Source: Octopus bimaculoides (Eukaryota). Taken from it: a DNA stretch of 64,000 bases. The position numbers and the translations under genes were made by a program. This document shows, piece after piece, positions 1 to 12,690 of the stretch (position 1 is its first letter; every line of letters begins with the position of its first letter). The notes beneath the pieces were generated by a model. It saw nothing but the letters and a program-made list of their open reading frames with translations. It did no database searches and had not been told where the DNA came from. The DNA is taken from the NCBI RefSeq assembly GCF_001194135.2, contig NC_068990.1:16319660-16383659 (forward strand), written 5' to 3'.

Positions 1-1929
1 GCTTTGATGAAAACGTTTTACCTTGGTAGCATTATAAATATATACTGCTGTTTCTTTAATCTAAATCTGACACATTTTTCACCTGTAAAGTAATGATATA
101 CGTACTCAAAGAATGCCATTACTATATCAGCCTGGATTTTCTTTATGGAAGTCTTGTTTTATTCATGTTTTCTCCTTTAATTCATATTCTATAATGAGTG
201 CCATAAAATTTTATCATATATTATGTTTCATGCCATTTCATTTATATTTTGTTAGAAATTATTGTCATTATACTGTTCATGTTCTGATTTCAAATCTCAC
301 TGAAGTTGATTACGCCTTTCATCTTTTGGGGTTGATAAAATACAATACTAGTTGAGCACTGGGGGTCAATGTAATCAATTTCTTCCCTCCACTCAAAATT
401 GCTGGTCTTGTGCTGAAATTTGAAACCATTTTTATTTAGGTGGTGAACTGACCCATTAGAACGTCAGACAAAATGCTTAGCAATATTTCTTCCCACTCGT
501 TACATTCTGAGTTCAAATTCTGTCAACACCAACTTAAATTTTATCCTTTTGTGGTTGATAAAAGAAAATACCAGTCAAGTAATAAGGTGAATGTAATCGA
601 CTAAGCCCCGCCTCCAAAACTGCTGGCTTTGTGCTGTCAAAATTTGAAACCATTATTATTATTTGCTCAAAAATACATACCAATTATCACTTTTAACAAT
701 GGTTTTCTATTTACAGATTGCATCATATACTGTGATAAAGATGGCTATATTCAGCAAAAGTAGTATTTCAGAGATGATGTGAAAGCAGTCTCCTCATATT
801 CTAACAAACAATTGTTATTAGTAGAGAAAGAACTCTGCTGTCATACGATTCAACCATTCTTTATACAGGTTTTAGAAATGTCAATTTAAACTCAACTCCT
901 CTATCATACCCCATTGTTACTCCCACTCAGGAAGACTCATCTAATTGTCATTATATTCTTTGTAACAGAATTATTCTCTTCATTTAGAATTTAAAAAATC
1001 TTTTTTCTGTTTTTGTAAAGGAAACAAACCATTGTTGTCTTTTGGTTTGATTCCAATACAATTGGTTTTTAAAATACATAGATTTTTCTTCCTTACAGAT
1101 CATATCCTACTGTCTGATTTATCATCTTTCCTGAGCCACTGCTCTCTCTCTCAATCACAGCTCCACTCTTATTCATCATTCATTACAGCTACCTTCTTTC
1201 ACACCCTTATAAAATTACCCCCCCCCCACTGTCCATACTCTCTATTGTACCTTCAGAATTTGTCCTGGCATCTAGACACCACCATCTTTATATTACTCCC
1301 AACTACTCTCACCCACCCTTGTATGATGCAGAGTAGCCTTGTATTTCCTCTGTAACAAGACCCCTGTGCTTGTCCTTCAGTCATACTTTAGCCTCTCAAC
1401 ACCTGGCATAAGACCACCTCTCGTTCTCTCACATTCATCCCCCTATTACTTGAGGGACTTTTCCCTTTCCTTTTCTTGTCATGCAACTTACTCTGCATCC
1501 TAGCTACTACCAGTTATATGACAAACTGCGCCCAGTACACACTGTAAAGTGACTGGTGTTACAAAGAGCATCCAGCCATAGAAACCATGCTCATAGCCGA
1601 CATTTGACTTTGATCAAACTGTCCAACTCATGCCAGCATGAAAAGTGGACATTAAATGCTAGTTGAGGCAACATTTTTAACATTATAACCCTTGTTAGGC
1701 TCCTTTTGCTTTGACCAAATTAAAACTATTATTATTTTGGCAGAATTGTTAGCTTGCCAAACAAAATGCCTGGTTACGCAAGTTGACTCATAGAATCCCA
1801 TACTAATATGAAAATGATCAAGTCTAGAATTTTATCAGTTTGATAATAATCCTGGTATAAGATTAATGTATTCCTCCTGGTTACTAAAATTATATCTTTG
1901 TTCAACTAGAAATATTTCTAATGAAAATA

Positions 1930-2300
1930 AACAGCTATGGCTATGTGGTTGCTTCCCAACCACATGGTTTCAGGTTCAGTCCCACTGTGTAGCACCTCGG
2001 GCAAGTGTCTTCTATTATATTCCTGGGCTGAGCAAAGCCTTTGGAGTGGATTTGGCAGACAGAAACTTAAAGAAGCCTGTCATATACATCATGTATGTGT
2101 GTCAGTTTCTTCTTGTTTTGAAATTGTGTGATTGTTGTAAATGAATGTTGTTCATTTTCAATTTTCTGTGAAAACTTGTGCAGCCATAGGGAACTATTAC
2201 TTTTCTTGGAAACAGATGAGGGTTGGCAATGGAAGTGTATCCACCTGTAAAAAACTGTCTGGCACAAGTAAGCATGGAAATTTAGATGTTAAGTTAATGA
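1930..2300 (+). mobile_element. CORE-like SINE, representative of a family with many copies in the window (e.g. 5260-5570, 8760-9120, 10120-10570, 33110-33470, 34700-35280, 42330-43110, 44040-44225, 57550-57770)
   Basis: Recurrent GGTTCAGTCCCACTG..CACCTTGGGCAAGTGTCTTCTA..ATAG core, with GCATGGAAAA..GATGTTAA(ATG)n tails. Confidence 0.75.
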
Positions 2301-3112
2301 TGATGATATTTAGAAATGAAATACAAAAGAATACTAGTTATTAATAGCAAACTGAATGACAAAGTTTTAGGTGTTTCTTTTGTAATCTAACAAACCATTC
2401 TGAATTGTATTCTGTAGGGATAATTTCATTTTTGGTTATTATATTGTTTCAGAAACCACTCTTTGATATGCTATATGTCTGATCCCCAGGAGCTTATGTG
2501 TCTAATAGATGGGTTTTCATCTTTGATGTAAGCTGAAAGAGATCCAGCTTAGTAGCTAAATTAGGTTCAATAATTTATATGCCTTATTTTATATTGTTTA
2601 AATAATTTCCTAGCTTTTCTTTTTAAGTAATGATTAACTCCCTTGTGATAAGTTCATATTTTTCTTTGTTTATTGTATATGTACATATGTGTATATACAT
2701 TGGTATATGTTTGTGTGTGTATGGTTTACATATATACTTACATACATACAAATGTATGTTTATGTATGTGTGTTTTGTGATGTCATCAGATGGTGCAAGG
2801 GTGGTTCTATAGACTACAACCTTTAAAAGGCAGGATCCGCCAATGGACAGTTATTAGGATGTCTGAGGTTATAGGTTGGAATGTAAAATGAAGACTGCAT
2901 GCATGTGTGCTTGCTTCGTTTGTAGCATGCAATATTGTCTTTGCATGATTAGCTTACTCTGACATTATGGGAATTTAAGATTTTATGATATGTCACAAAC
3001 ATCTAGATTGCATAGAGGGTTAAACCAGATTGTCTTTCTCTTTCTAACTATCTTCAGGTTTGGGTATTGGAAATCCTTCACATACACCAATCAGTAAAGC
3101 CACATTTATGTA

Positions 3113-3330
3113 CGAGGGCATGCTGAGAAGTTCCTGGCTTTAGGTAAAAGAAAATACAGGAGGGGCAGTTTATTATGATTTTATGTAACATATTCCCCTC
3201 TCAGATTGACACACTTATTACAGTGGTCCTTCAGTTTTTCTAAGCCTTGTAAAAGAACTTGGAAGGTTGGGGCTCCAGCCAGGCATTTTGTCATACCCTT
3301 AAAGCCAGGAACTGTTGTTCAGCACCCTCT
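3113..3330. mobile_element. Mariner-derived MITE
   Basis: TA|CGAGGG...AAGTTCCTGGCTTTA at left and its degenerate reverse complement TAAAGCCAGGAACT...CACCCTC at right. Confidence 0.65.
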
Positions 3331-3385
<55 letters not shown>

Positions 3386-3599
3386 GAGGAGAAAAAGAAA
3401 GATCTTACATAACTTGCCACTGTAAGGTAACTTGGGTTGTGGTGGGGCCTGACCTACCTCCCCTCCAAAAGAGGCAGAGAATTTTGTGTTATAGTGCAGG
3501 GCACTAGCCCAGCATATGAACATTAAAGTCACTGGAGTAACTGCAACCCTACTGAATTACCTCATCAATAATATCTGGATTGACATCTGCTGCTGGTGT

Positions 3600-4300
3600 A
3601 AACTTCCAGCAAGGGTTAAAAGGAACTTCATTGTGCATAGCAGCAGAATGTTTCCCCTCCTATTTCCTGATAAAGACTCACAAACAGGGACTTAATCTCC
3701 AAATCAGACCCATAGCCTCTGGTTTAGAATGGCCCTTTTATGAAGCCTCATGGCTCCTAGCAGTTCAGATAAACTTCATGCAGTGGCTACAATGATTTAA
3801 ATCCATTATCCTTAGATGCAACAAGCATGTCATCAGCCTGGACGTGGTCTCACTCTACACTTTAGTGCCTGCACTCCCCTTTGTTAACTTGACAACAGAC
3901 AGCATCACTTCTGATACACCAGCTATTGTCAGTCATTGTCACCAACATGACCATTGACTTCCTCAGCAATACATGCAATGTTCCAGCCTGCCTAAGTGGT
4001 CCAGTCTCTTAGGTCTACTGGCCATTATTTACTTGAACCAGTTGAAGTACAGAAGCACTCAGTACCTACTGCTCATACTGTTTTTTCACCAGGTCCATGG
4101 ATGACATCCTCATACTCATCTTCCTGAGAGGAGTCCATCACAATACTGAATACCTTTAACAATCTAAAGCAGCACATTATCAAGTTCACAATTGAACACC
4201 CTGACAACATGAATCCCTGTCTCTGCTTGACTTTTGATTAAGCATTGGAGACAAGGAAAAAAATCAGCATGGTATTCTACCAAAATGCAACAAGCTTAGA
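3600..4300 (-). mobile_element. Highly decayed non-LTR retrotransposon RT remnant (possibly R2/R4-like)
   Basis: Minus-strand fragments resembling RT motifs (RQGF..GC..N, DL.K, QADDMLV); many stops. Confidence 0.35.
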
Positions 4301-5110
4301 CCTTTCCATTCACTTCAAGTCAGCTCTTGCCCTCAGTGCCAAAACTGGCTATGTATGGAGTGAGATCATCTGTATTTACTACAGATGCAGTGACAACACT
4401 AGCCAAGTTAACCTGAACCATTCAGTTCCCCTGGGAAGGAATTAGTGTGTACCCAGCATCTGTTAACACTCTCTATAAATACAAGCTAGGTAAATGAAGC
4501 AGGAGGAATTTCTCTAGCACCTGTTTCCTGAGGATACCTCATTTAAATTTTACTGACCAATTATATTGATGGCTGGACTTTGGTCAATCCCATTACGGAC
4601 AATAAGTGGTTGGTCTTTATAATATATCAGTAAGTATATTAATGTAATTAATTTATGGGTATGTTATTTGGATAAATATTAATTAGTACTATTTATGAAA
4701 TCTTAAGTACTATTCTTTTTCTAGACCAGTTGGCATATCCCTTTAGACTAAAGTGCTTATTTTTTATCATTTATACATCCTGTTACCCTTAAAGAAACAT
4801 TAACCCACCTATTAATTTTCTAGTTTAGTCATTTACTCAATGGTCTGAAGTGTTACACTGCAAAATGATATGATTCAAATATATTAAGCCTTCTTTCTTC
4901 CTGTCGAGGCCCTCTTTTCTTTTATGTATTTTTCTTCACTCTGATGAAGCTCCATGTACCAGAACGGATGTGCTATAGAATATGATGAATATTATTCTCA
5001 GAATTTTCTTTGGCAGCACTAAGGGAAATTAAAAGCAGAAACGGCTGTTAGATGGGATAAAGTTTTGTATTAAAAAATAATAATCGATGGTAGTCAATTT
5101 GCTGCTTAAT

Positions 5111-5153
<43 letters not shown>

Positions 5154-6383
5154 CACACATACATATTGAGAAGAGGTAAGGTTAAGAAGATAGAAACAAA
5201 TTTGAGTATTTTGACGTGTTAATGAAGAAGAAAAAAATAACTAAAAATAATTTATTTCATTGTTGTATCAGTCTTACTGCATGACACCTAGAGCAAGTCC
5301 TTCTATTCTAACCCTGGGCTGACCAAAACTTGGTGAGTGGATTTGGTAGAAGGAAAGTGAAAGAAGCTCATCACATGTGTTTGTATATATACACAAGAGT
5401 TGTAAGTGAGTGTCACTCTCATACAAGCAATGTTTCATGAAAGTATGTCTGGCAAGGGGGGAAATATTTCCTTGGGGTTTGGCAACAGGAGGGACATCTG
5501 GCTGTAGAAAATCTGCCTCAACGAATTCTTTGTCATCCATGCAAGCATGGAAAAGAGAACCTTAAGACAATGTTGATGCTGACAAGGATGGTGTTGTTGC
5601 TGAGTAGAAGAGACAAGTCTTAAGTCTGCTAGAAACCTAAAAAAACTGATGGGAGAAATTATAGGAACATTTTGTTGAATTCTTTATTGGACATCTTTTA
5701 AATTTAAAATTATTGGGAATTGTTCTTATTTAATTCTCCAGTTTTTCTTTGTAATTTCATGATTTTTCTACAAAGCATCCACAGGCCATACAGTAATGCA
5801 TCTTTTGTTTTATTTTTTTGTTTCTTTTTTTATCTTTCAATTTCACTACTTTTGATACCAACCTGCCTCAGACTGTCCATGCTTCCATGAAAAAAAACAA
5901 AAACTTTTTCAATGAAATCTAAATTTAAACCTTCCATCAAAATTTCATATCAATTCATGTTCCAAACACCATTTTAATAATGGCAAAATTATTTTACTAA
6001 ATTCTTCGTTAACTTCAAAATTAATGGAAACAATAGGAATATGGTAAGATTAGTGATCTAAATTAAAATCATTTATACAATTTTGTGCTAATTTTTGTTC
6101 CAAACAGCAGTTCAATAACGACAGTTATTTTACTAAATTCTTGAAGATTAATTTCTACAAAGACTGTATTTCAACAGAAATATGGTAACAAAAAGGTTAA
6201 ATAACTCCTATTTTACAGTCTGAATTCCATGACTTCTAGTTCCAGTATGTTACTGCTACATATTTGTAAATGAAAATAAAAGATTCTTACAATTGTACTA
6301 AATGTCCTCTCACATACTCCAAATCCTTTTGCTATTATTCTTTTCATTTCATGTATTTCTTTTCTTCTTTTTCTTCTTTCCAG

Positions 6384-6526
6384 ATGGCCCATTTTGTTTC
6401 TGTTCCAACGCCAATAACAACACATACTGGTGTATTCGTACAGTTAATGAGACTCACAACTTCCTCTATTGTGAATTCATCACTGGCTTTATCAGTTATT
6501 ATAACATGCTGGAAGACCCATATCAG
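6384..6526 (+). CDS. Sulf1: Extracellular sulfatase Sulf1/Sulf2-like, C-terminal domain exon ([48 protein letters not shown])
   Basis: Strong acceptor (ttcttctttccag) and donor (CAG|gtaaac); 143 nt, phase 1 to 0. The peptide matches the Sulf C-terminal motif CxCxxxNNNTYWCxRTxNETHNFLxCEFxTGF...DPYQ. Confidence 0.95.
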
Positions 6527-7013
6527 GTAAACACATTAATTTTTTTTTTGTTTCGTGCCAGAATTGATTTGGTTATGAAATGAGAAATGTCAGCTCTGTG
6601 TAAGAATAATTGCAGATATAAATATTGGTCGGTCGGTTGCTGTAGAGAGAGGTGGAGAGAGTTAACATAAGAGGTGCAAAATGAGTGCACATATTAGGCT
6701 TGGTGACAGGCAGTGGGTAAATGAAGGCTGTGCACCCAGTGAGATTAAAATTCATTTAGATGGGAGGAGGAGCAGAGGGAATAAATGATACAGTATTTTG
6801 GAGAAGGGCTATATAAATGAGAAATTTGTTTATTAAAGTTTTATTTTAAGGTAATAAATATATATTTTTTTGTTTATGTGTGCATGATACTGTTTATCAA
6901 AACAATGACTTTTAGATAGAAAAATGAACATTATCAAACATCATTTTACTTTGTGTGTAAACTAGAAAACATCATCACTTATCACAATTAATATCATTGT
7001 GCATATGTATATG

Positions 7014-7050
<37 letters not shown>

Positions 7051-7051
<1 letters not shown>

Positions 7052-7420
7052 GGAGGTGCAATGGCCCAGTGGTTAGGGCATTGGACTCACGGTTTCGATT
7101 CCCAGACAGAGCGTTGTGAGTGTTTATTAAGTGAAAACACTTAAAGTTCCACGAGGCTCAAGCAGGGAGTGGTGATGAATCCTGTTGTACTCTTTCACCA
7201 CAACTTACTCTCACTGTTTCTTCCTGTTTCTGTTGTACCTGTATTTCAAAGGGCCAGCCTTGTTACACTCTGTATCATGCTGAATCTCCCTGAGAACTTC
7301 GTTAAGGGTACACATGTCTGTGGAATGCTCAGCCACTTGCATGTTGATTTCACGAGCAGGCTGTTCGATTGATTGGATTGACTGGAACCCTCATTGTTGT
7401 AACTGATGGAGTGCCATAGT
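7051..7420 (+). mobile_element. tRNA-derived SINE with Pol III A/B boxes
   Basis: A box TGGCCCAGTGG at 7062-7072; B box GGTTTCGATTCC at 7091-7102; inserted after (AT)n. Confidence 0.7.
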
Positions 7421-8165
7421 ATTTATATATACACACACATCAAAAGTGTATAGTGAGCCATAGGCTGATAAGGCTGGTTTCCCAGATTCTGTGGTGTATA
7501 AATTCCCCCACCACCTGGATGAGACACCAGTCCATTGTAGGATTACTCATTTTTGCCAGCTGAGTGAACTGACCAGTCCAGGAATCAAAACCACAATCTT
7601 ACAATCATAATTGCAAAATCCTGACCACTAAACTATGTACCCCATAGATATATATATAAATATATACACACAGACAAACAGAAATTCCTTGTTTATGCAC
7701 TGTGCTTAAATAACAACATCACCGTGCAGGTAGTGTCTTAGTTTACAACCAACCTAAAAACATTTAGTTTGTTGTTCAACAGACCAAGGGTAACAGTGCC
7801 TTAATTCTCTTACTCAGAAACAATTAAGGATTGGCAGCTTCAGTGAACCTTGTTCAACCTATGCTAGTGTAGGAAAAGCAGATTCAAAAACTATGGTGAT
7901 GGTAGCGATGACTATAATGACAACAAAGATGATGACAATGATGACAACACAAATGATGGTTATAATGACAATGTTGATAGGAACAACAACTATGATTAGA
8001 TACAGATTTGAATTCCTACCAAAATTCATGATTGAAAAAATTTTTATCCTCAACACAGACAACATTATATTACAAGGACTGTTTTGTGTATTTGATAGAG
8101 TTTTGAAAACATGTGTTACATATTTCATATGGAAGCATTTTTAATTTGGTTGATTTTGATTCCAG

Positions 8166-8283
8166 TTGAAGAACAGCATCCATGAAATAAATTACGGTGT
8201 ACTGCAACAACTACATGCCAATTTAGAAAAACTCAGAAAATGTAAAGGTGCTAAGGAATGCAGTTATGATTATCTCGATGAAA
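8166..8283 (+). CDS. Sulf1: Sulf exon (LKNSIHEINYGVLQQLHANLEKLRKCKGAKECSYDYLDE)
   Basis: tgattccag| ... GAAA|gtaagt; 118 nt, phase 0 to 1, in frame with the previous exon. Resembles the Sulf continuation L.N.V......L.QLH..L..LRxCxGxKxC. Confidence 0.92.
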
Positions 8284-9810
8284 GTAAGTTCAACTTAGTC
8301 ATCACTGTAGTTTTGTTTTTTTACATTTCATTTTTGTTAAAAATGTCAAAAGAAAGGTTTCATTTTATATCTTCCATTGAATGGAAAATTAATTTTTCAG
8401 TTTTTAAATGACTTTTATGTATTCTGACACCAGAAAAATTCTGTGATGTCAATGGAGTGCATCCAATCATAGAAACCCTGTCAAAGCAGACATTGGAGCT
8501 CAACACAGTCCTCCAGCTCATCAAATTCTGTCAAAACCATCTGCACCATGCTAGAATGGGAGATGAATGTTGAGTAACGATGTTGATGTGTTCTATTATT
8601 ATTATTATTTAAATTCCAGTGTATCACTTCCTATATTTAACTCCATCAAGTGCATATCTCCCTGCTGCAGGTTCAATTTTTACTACTTACAACTCATAAG
8701 CAAAGTCAGTAAATATCAGTTCAGTTTGTTTTGAGTCTTTCAACATATCAGAATGTTGTGTCAAATTTAGAGCCATTTCCAACCACATGATTTCAGGTTC
8801 AGTCCCACTGCACACTACTTTGGGCAAATGTTTTCTATTATAGTCTCAGGCCAATCAAAAAGCCTTGTGAATGGATTTGGTAAATGGAGTGTGTGTTTGT
8901 GTGTGTGTGTACTCTTGTCTTGGCTTTGCATGATAGTTGTAAACAAGTGTCATGGTATTACAAACAGTGTCATTCATTTCCAATATTCTGTGAAAACATT
9001 TCTGGCCATATGGAAATATTACCTTGCTTTGAAATAGGAGAGGATTAGCAACAAGAAGGGCATCAGGTTGTCAAAAATCTGCCTCGGTGAGCATGTAAAA
9101 GTGAATGCTAAAATGATGATGATAATGTGTGTGCATCTGTCCATCTTGACATGACACAATACTTGTGATTGCCATAGAAGTAGTGTCCTAGGTTTCCAGT
9201 CTTTCATGGAAAGATGTCTGGCCATAGAAGAATATTACCTTGCTTGACAACAGGTTAGGGTTGGTGACTGGAAGAGTATCATGCAAGCATGATAAAGTGG
9301 ATGTTAAAATGTCATATATATGTGTGTAGACATGATGTAATGGCTGTAAACAAGTGACACCATCATACAAGCCATGGCATGTGTTTCCAGTCTTCCACAG
9401 AAACCTGTCTAGTCATGAAGAAATATAACCTTGATTCAGAACAAGTGAGGGTTCCTGATGTGACAGTAAAGACATCCAGCCATAGAAAGGCTGCATCAGT
9501 GAATTCTGTCCAACCCATGCAAGCATGGAAAAGTGAGCTTCAAACAGTGAAAATGATGGAACAAACTGAATTGACAAACGAAATAGATGTTAATATATTT
9601 TAACTTCTCAAACCTTCCCTTAAATATGGATCTTCAATTACAAAGGAGTTCTTCTGGACTTGGAAAGATTAAAATGGATGATAGATAAGTTTACATTACT
9701 AACATATACTTGTGTGCGTGTGTGTGTGTGTATGAGTATATATTAATCACCTATATATTTTTCATACTAACATATAATATATTTCTTTCTCTTTTTTCTT
9801 CATTTTTCAG

Positions 9811-9839
9811 AATGGCAGAATATTTTACCTTATATTTGA
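9811..9839 (+). CDS. Sulf1: Candidate short terminal Sulf exon (KWQNILPYI*)
   Basis: Very strong polypyrimidine acceptor (ctttctcttttttcttcatttttcag); the phase-1 join gives TGA at 9837-9839; AATAAA follows near 9850. Confidence 0.4.
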
Positions 9840-12641
9840 TAAACTCTATAAATAAATTAATACTAATTTGAATATACATCTTATTCAATTATTTATTTTA
9901 AAAATTGGTGAGGATTTATTTAAAACTATTTGTTAGTCTATTTAGATTGTTGTCTGGCTGTCTTTGTCATTGTTGACTCACAGTTACATCATGCTCACAC
10001 ACTCTGGCAAAAATCTCCCACAAATCTCTTGCTATGTTATTGGCATCAACTAAGCACTCAACTGCTTTTGGTACAGACTCCCAACAGCATCACCTGCTTC
10101 TAGTTTTCTACTCATCTTTCTATAGCTGGTTGTGAAGTGAACTTCACAGCTGTATGGTTTCAGGTCCAGTCTCACTACATGGATCCTTGGGCTGACCAAG
10201 GTTTTGTGAGTGAATTTGGTAGATGGATAGTGGAAAAAACCTGTTGTGTGCATATGCATGTGTGTGCATATTATATATATATATATATATACACACACAC
10301 CCCACACACACATACATAGGTAATTTATATATCTCTATGTTTGTCTCCAGGTGGTGACATCATGTAACTATTGTAAATAAGTATCACTGTCATACAAGCA
10401 GTGTCATTCATTTCCAATCTTCTGTAAAAACACAATAGGCCTTGGGAGAATAGGATCATACTTGGTAACAGATGAGGGTTGGTGACAGGAATAGCATCTG
10501 GTCATAAAAAATATACCTCAATAAATTCTGTACAATCCATGCAAGTATAGAAAAGTGGATGTTAGAATGATGATGAGGATGATAGTCATGTTCAAACCTT
10601 GCTATGGCCACTATTTTGTAACCCTGGACAAGGTTCAATATTTTATTTTCTTCCAATCCAACAGCCTAACAATAACAGTTTCAACTTCAAATACATAATT
10701 GAAAGGGTTCTTTGAAACCCTCTATCAACTCAGGTCAATAGAATTGTGTTTTCCATGCTGACACGGGTCAGTTAGTTTGACACAATTTGACAAGTCAGAG
10801 GACTGTGCCATGCTCTAATGTCTGTTTTAGTATGGTTTCTGCAACTGGATACTTTCCTGATGCCAACCACTTTACAGTGTGTACTGGCTACTTTCTACAT
10901 GATTCCCAGCACTAGCAAGGTCACCAGCAAAGCAAGGCCCCTAACTCAATAGGGAAGTGGTATTGAGGCAGGTGATTTTGTGTCAGTGGAAAGTATAAGA
11001 GAGGGATAGACACAGGTGTCTTGGAATAGAGGAGATACATTGCTTCCTCAGCTGAAAAAGAAGGAAAGAGAGAAAATGGTTGTGACAATATGTTACAGGA
11101 TGATGAATGACACTTTAAGGTTAATTCTGTGGCCTCATATTCCAGTACCGGTCACACATCATTATGGCACACAAACATTTTGGAATGTATCACCACCTCC
11201 CACCACTTCCACCAAAAATGCCATCTGAGTTTTAAACAAACTTTCACTCATTATGAACAACAATTATTTTCATTTATTATTTCTATTATTACCAGGTGGT
11301 GAGCTTGCAGAATCGTTAGCATGCCAGGTGAAATGCATAGTGGCATTTCATCTATCTTTATGTTCTGAGTTCAAATTCTTCTAGCATCTCTTCTACCATT
11401 CTATCTGCTATTTTGAGCTATAGAATCATTTTTGCTATCCCAACAGTTTCATCTCCAGATCACATATTGATCCTGCTTGAAAGATCTTTCTCCCCACCAC
11501 CACCACCTTGCCTCAATATTTACCCCCATTTCAAAAATTAAACTGAACAAGCTGTACAAACATGCTTATATTTCTGAAAGCAGTTTGGGATGATCTGCAG
11601 AAATTATAGGGGCTGCTCTTTGCTTTATTTGATAAAAGAACAAAAGATACTGTACACATTGAGAGACATACATAAATACTTAGTTCTGCTTCACAATCAC
11701 ATGATGTGGGTTCAATTCCACTGTGCAGCAGCACCTGGAGTAAATGTTTTCTACAATAACCACAGATCAACCAATAGTACAAGAGGTGAAGCTGAAGGAA
11801 GCTCAGTGCATATGTGTATATACACACACACACACATCAATCAGGAATCTTCCCTATGTCCCCAGGCCAACTTGCCTAGACATCCTAGTTCCTTCTCTGT
11901 TGTGCTGTATGTATATAATCAGCCAGGCTCTTATTTCCAGTTCATTCCATTGATGTCATCAGTCCACAAATGTCTTTGCCAATCTCTTACTCTTCTTCAC
12001 ACTTTCCTCCGGGATGGTCTTGGGCAATGACTCATGGTACATTTTATATCCAAAATATGATCAGTTTGTGGACTTGATTCTCAATAATAAGTGTCTTTGA
12101 GCTTTCAGCTTTTCTAGCACTGCAGTATTTGTTATCCTGTCTTTCCAGCTTATCTTGCTTAATCTGTGAAAGATCCACATCTCAAAACTTTTCTTTCATT
12201 TCCCATTACTGTGCACATTGTCCAAGTTCTTGTCCAGTAGAGGAGAATTGGCATAATATAACAGTTTACTAGCCTCACTTTTAGATGCATGTTATCTTTT
12301 CAGGTGAAGATCCTTTTCACTCTTATAAATGTTGTTTTAGCCTTATTTATTCTTATTTGTATAAGTAGCAACTTTCCTGATTTAGTATTTGTTTTAAATA
12401 CTTGTTCCAGCTTCTGCTCATCTACATTTAGATTTGCTTCATTTTGTTCTGTCTTATTAAGAACCATTGTCATTGGCATTTTTACATTCATATTTAGGCT
12501 TTTCTTCTCACTTTGCTCTTTCACATCAACAGTTTCTCATAATTCTTCATTGTTGCCTACCAATAATGCTGTTATTATCAGCATGTCTAATATTGTTTAT
12601 GTTCAAGTTATTGGCTGGGACTCCTTTGACATTTGCACATA

Positions 12642-12690
<49 letters not shown>

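Noticed and set aside
7051-7110. tRNA-like sequence
   Set aside because: Only A/B boxes, no complete cloverleaf; it is a SINE head.
7893-8144. Met/Thr-rich ORF (and an Asp/Asn-rich alternative frame) just before a Sulf exon
   Set aside because: A degenerate (GAT/GAC/AAC) trinucleotide tract; using it as an exon would truncate the conserved Sulf domain.
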